A stretch of DNA of 64,000 bases from Sedimentisphaerales bacterium. GTDB lineage: Bacteria > Planctomycetota > Phycisphaerae > Sedimentisphaerales > SM23-30. Of this stretch, positions 61,317 through 64,000 are shown piece by piece (position 1 is the stretch's first letter; every line of letters starts with the position of its first letter). The notes under the pieces are model-generated. The model did no database searches, was not told where the DNA came from, and was given only the letters and a program-made list of their open reading frames with translations. The translations under genes and the position numbers were made by a program. Where the stretch lies: assembly GCA_963666285.1 (NCBI GenBank), contig OY762711.1; one strand, written 5' to 3'.

Positions 61317-61934
61317 ATGAAGAAGTTAATTGTGGTTTTAATTGTTATGGCTTTTGCAGCAACTTTTGCAGTAGCCGGAGTTCAGTTTACAGAGGTAATG
61401 CCGGCAAGTTCCCATGCCTCAGATGTTACAAACGATAATGGTGACTGGTTTGAAATCACCAATACCGGTGCTTTTGATGTTTCTCTTGACGGCTGGTCGT
61501 GGGTTGATGATAAATCCAGCCATGAAAAGCTTGTTTTTCCAGATGTTACATTGTCTGCGGGGCAGAGTTTGATTTGTCTGGAAGAAAATGACAGTGCAGA
61601 CTGGTTAAGTACCTGGGGTTTATCTTCCAGTAATATTATAGTGGTTACCGAGGCAGATTTTACAGCTTTTCATGGTTTGGGTGCAGGTGGTGATAGTTTG
61701 AACCTGTATGACAGTGATGACAACCTGGTAGATTCTTTTACCTGGACATCTTCGAATGAAGGAATTTCTTTTGATATCCTTAATGGCGGTGAAAGTCAGG
61801 TTGGAGTAAATGGAGCCTGGGCTTCTAATGATGTTGACGGTGCCAGCGATGTGGCATCTCCGGGGGTAGTACCTGAACCAACGACATTTGCATTACTTAC
61901 AGTTGGTGTGTTTGCTTTTACCCGGCGAAAATAA
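61317..61934 (+). CDS. Lamin-tail-domain PEP-CTERM protein
   Basis: FTEVM...DWFEITNTG...LDGW; C-terminal VPEPTTFALLTVGVFAFTRRK. Confidence 0.9.
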   Translation: MKKLIVVLIVMAFAATFAVAGVQFTEVMPASSHASDVTNDNGDWFEITNTGAFDVSLDGWSWVDDKSSHEKLVFPDVTLSAGQSLICLEENDSADWLSTWGLSSSNIIVVTEADFTAFHGLGAGGDSLNLYDSDDNLVDSFTWTSSNEGISFDILNGGESQVGVNGAWASNDVDGASDVASPGVVPEPTTFALLTVGVFAFTRRK

Positions 61935-61968
61935 TCATCCTATCTGAATATCATATAAAGAATAACAA

Positions 61969-62004
61969 TAAAGCATGGCGTTTAATATGGCGTCATGCTT
62001 TTTT
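61969..62004 (+). terminator. Rho-independent terminator
   Basis: aaagcatggcg/cgtcatgcttt + T-tract. Confidence 0.75.
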
Positions 62005-62110
62005 ATTTTTTTGTTGCATTTTTTGGTGTTTCTATTGATAATTACAGTCAGTGTCATTGCACCCGAATTCAGGCTGGTGTACGTTTAACATTTTATTAGG
62101 AGAGTTTGTC

Positions 62111-62998
62111 ATGAAAAAAATGATGGTGGTATTATCAAGTTTTCTTATTTTGGCTCTTGTTTTTGGCAATGCAGCAAAGGCAGAGACAAATATTCTGGAA
62201 GCGGCAGCTCCCAATGGCTGGGTTTTCCAATATTTCTACATTAATCAGAGTGCCAGTAGTTTTGCCGCAGACGAAATGGCGTTGGATGATATGGATCTTG
62301 ATGTAAATATGAACTTATTTCGATTAGCTTATTGGGATACAGATTATGTTATTCATACAATTGTGCCATATGGTTTTGTAGATCAGACCGTAACAGCCGG
62401 TGGAGCAGATATTGTTGATGGTGATACCGATGGACTGGGTGATATGTTTATTGGTGGTGCCAAAAGATGGAATCTCGATCCGGAAAGCTGCTGGCTGTTA
62501 GGTGGTATGGATTTCAGACTGCCAACAGGTCGTTATGACAGTAAAAATGACTCCAGCTGCACAGATTTTACTCCTTTTGGCAATCCCAATGTTGGTAGTG
62601 GTTCAACTTCATTCCAACCGTTTGTCATTCTTTCAAAGCTGTATAATGAAGGTATGTGGGGTCATGATACTGAAATTCGTTATTGTTTTAATACCGATAT
62701 GGGGCCTACTCCATATGATCCTGATGACAAGCTGGAGATCTGGCAGACTTTGCATATGGGGCTAAATCCTAATTTGCGTGCCGGTATTGCCTTTAAGGGC
62801 GAATTTGAAAATGCGGACGACGATGGCAGTAGAGATGCAGATGATATAAGTTCCAGATATATGGGTCTTGGACCTGAAATTATGTGGAATAATGGTAAAG
62901 GTGTTGTAGTTTGGGCTAAGCTTCTGTTTGATATTGACGCAGAAGACCATCCTGAAGATATGACAGCATTTACCTTGCGTGTATCGCTTCCATTCTAA
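62111..62998 (+). CDS. Outer-membrane beta-barrel protein (SphA / phenol MetA-like transporter family)
   Basis: Start 62111 (AGGAG SD); signal peptide; GLGD and LPTGRYD...N.GSG motifs; C-terminal Phe. Confidence 0.75.
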   Translation: MKKMMVVLSSFLILALVFGNAAKAETNILEAAAPNGWVFQYFYINQSASSFAADEMALDDMDLDVNMNLFRLAYWDTDYVIHTIVPYGFVDQTVTAGGADIVDGDTDGLGDMFIGGAKRWNLDPESCWLLGGMDFRLPTGRYDSKNDSSCTDFTPFGNPNVGSGSTSFQPFVILSKLYNEGMWGHDTEIRYCFNTDMGPTPYDPDDKLEIWQTLHMGLNPNLRAGIAFKGEFENADDDGSRDADDISSRYMGLGPEIMWNNGKGVVVWAKLLFDIDAEDHPEDMTAFTLRVSLPF

Positions 62999-63026
62999 TC
63001 ATAAAAGAATATTTTACAGGTAATTA

Positions 63027-63061
63027 GGGCTTGGGTAATTCATTTTACCCAGGCTTTTTTT
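63027..63061 (+). terminator. Rho-independent terminator
   Basis: ggcttgggtaa/ttacccaggct + T7. Confidence 0.7.
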
Positions 63062-63403
63062 ATTTTAAATTTTCCATAAACAACGGAGGGCAGTATATCA
63101 TAAATGAATATTTGCGACAATAATCTATTTTGTCTGGGTATGTATAAAGTTATGCAAATAATTTAAACTTTCCTGCGTTTTTGGTGATATACCTTATTGT
63201 TTTACGTGATTATCCATATATGAATATAGTTTGGAGGGCAATAGAGTGGTCCAATCAGGAAACAATTCAGTTTTAATGGTGTGAAAGTTGGCTAAAAATA
63301 AGAAAAATTAAATTATTTTAATTTTGTTGGTCAGGATATAGATATTTCCGCTTTATAATATTGTACTTCGCATAATATATACCTGATATGTGAATTTCCT
63401 TGT

Positions 63404-63958
63404 ATGAAAAATTATTCTAAAAAAGATAGCAATTGTGGAAATAGAGAAACTTTTGTAAGTTTATACACTAGAGAATATTTAAAGATTCATAACTTTATTT
63501 TCACATTAATCCCCAATCATGCTGATGCTGAAGATGTCCTGCAGGCTGCGGCATCATATATGTGGGAAAATTTCCATGACTTCGATATAAATAGTAATTT
63601 TCTGGCTTGGGCAATTACAATGGCCAAGTATCAGGTTATGGCTTTCAGGAAAAAGCAATCACGTTCCAGGGTAATATTTTTCGATGAGACAATTGAATTA
63701 ATAGCCGAGCAAAACCAGAAAATACATAATGAAATTGACTTGAAAAATGATGCGCTGCGGGTATGTTTGAGCAAGCTTCCAGCTAAAGAAATGACCTTAA
63801 TTAATTTGCGTTTCAGAGAAGGCAGGAAAATATCTGAGATAGCAGATTTAATAAATTTGTCACTTGATGCCACTTATAAGCGTTTTTCTCGCATCAAAGG
63901 TATGCTGCTGAAATGTGTTGAAAGCACAACCTCCATTATATTGAAGGAGGAACTATGA
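63404..63958 (+). CDS. ECF sigma-70 factor (Rhodopirellula/Verrucomicrobium-type)
   Basis: DAEDVLQ...MWENFHDFD..SNFLAWA; L..CLSKLP; RIKGMLLKCV. Confidence 0.9.
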   Translation: MKNYSKKDSNCGNRETFVSLYTREYLKIHNFIFTLIPNHADAEDVLQAAASYMWENFHDFDINSNFLAWAITMAKYQVMAFRKKQSRSRVIFFDETIELIAEQNQKIHNEIDLKNDALRVCLSKLPAKEMTLINLRFREGRKISEIADLINLSLDATYKRFSRIKGMLLKCVESTTSIILKEEL

Positions 63959-64000
63959 GTTATAGTGAGCAGCTGTTTCAATTTCGCTATATGATAGAGC
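63955..64000 (+). CDS. 5' end of probable anti-sigma (FecR-like) gene
   Basis: ATGA overlap with the sigma stop, AAGGAGG SD, MSYSEQLFQFRYMIE; the call rests on context only. Confidence 0.5.
   Translation, partial: MSYSEQLFQFRYMIE

Overview
AT-rich bacterial chromosomal window, most likely from a Planctomycetota / Phycisphaerae (Sedimentisphaerales-like) genome; this is inferred from dockerin-like C-termini, a PEP-CTERM protein, many ECF sigma factors and planctomycete-type pilins. Left to right: a minus-strand pilin/secretin cluster followed by a TPR protein, histidine kinase, receiver and GAF/HD-GYP gene; housekeeping genes (Fe-ADH, accD, addB, leuB, aroF, ltaE, ldhA, rex); an ABC exporter; a ~1 kb strand-biased non-coding tract of 7/8-mer microrepeats and hairpins; an ECF-FecR-LamG locus; glycoside hydrolases (two GH43, one frameshifted, and a GH2); and a ~163-bp MITE-like repeat in six co-oriented copies. 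The most striking feature is at 40.3-54.3 kb: five ECF sigma / membrane anti-sigma cassettes. Their anti-sigma genes share a DNA-level conserved transmembrane 'hinge' (..AAAAVILIAL..SPDGATIAWADV) and related terminators that bracket divergent, mosaic LolA-like extracytoplasmic domains. This is a candidate sensor-domain-shuffling signalling array. All calls come from reading the sequence and recalling motifs; no database searches were run.
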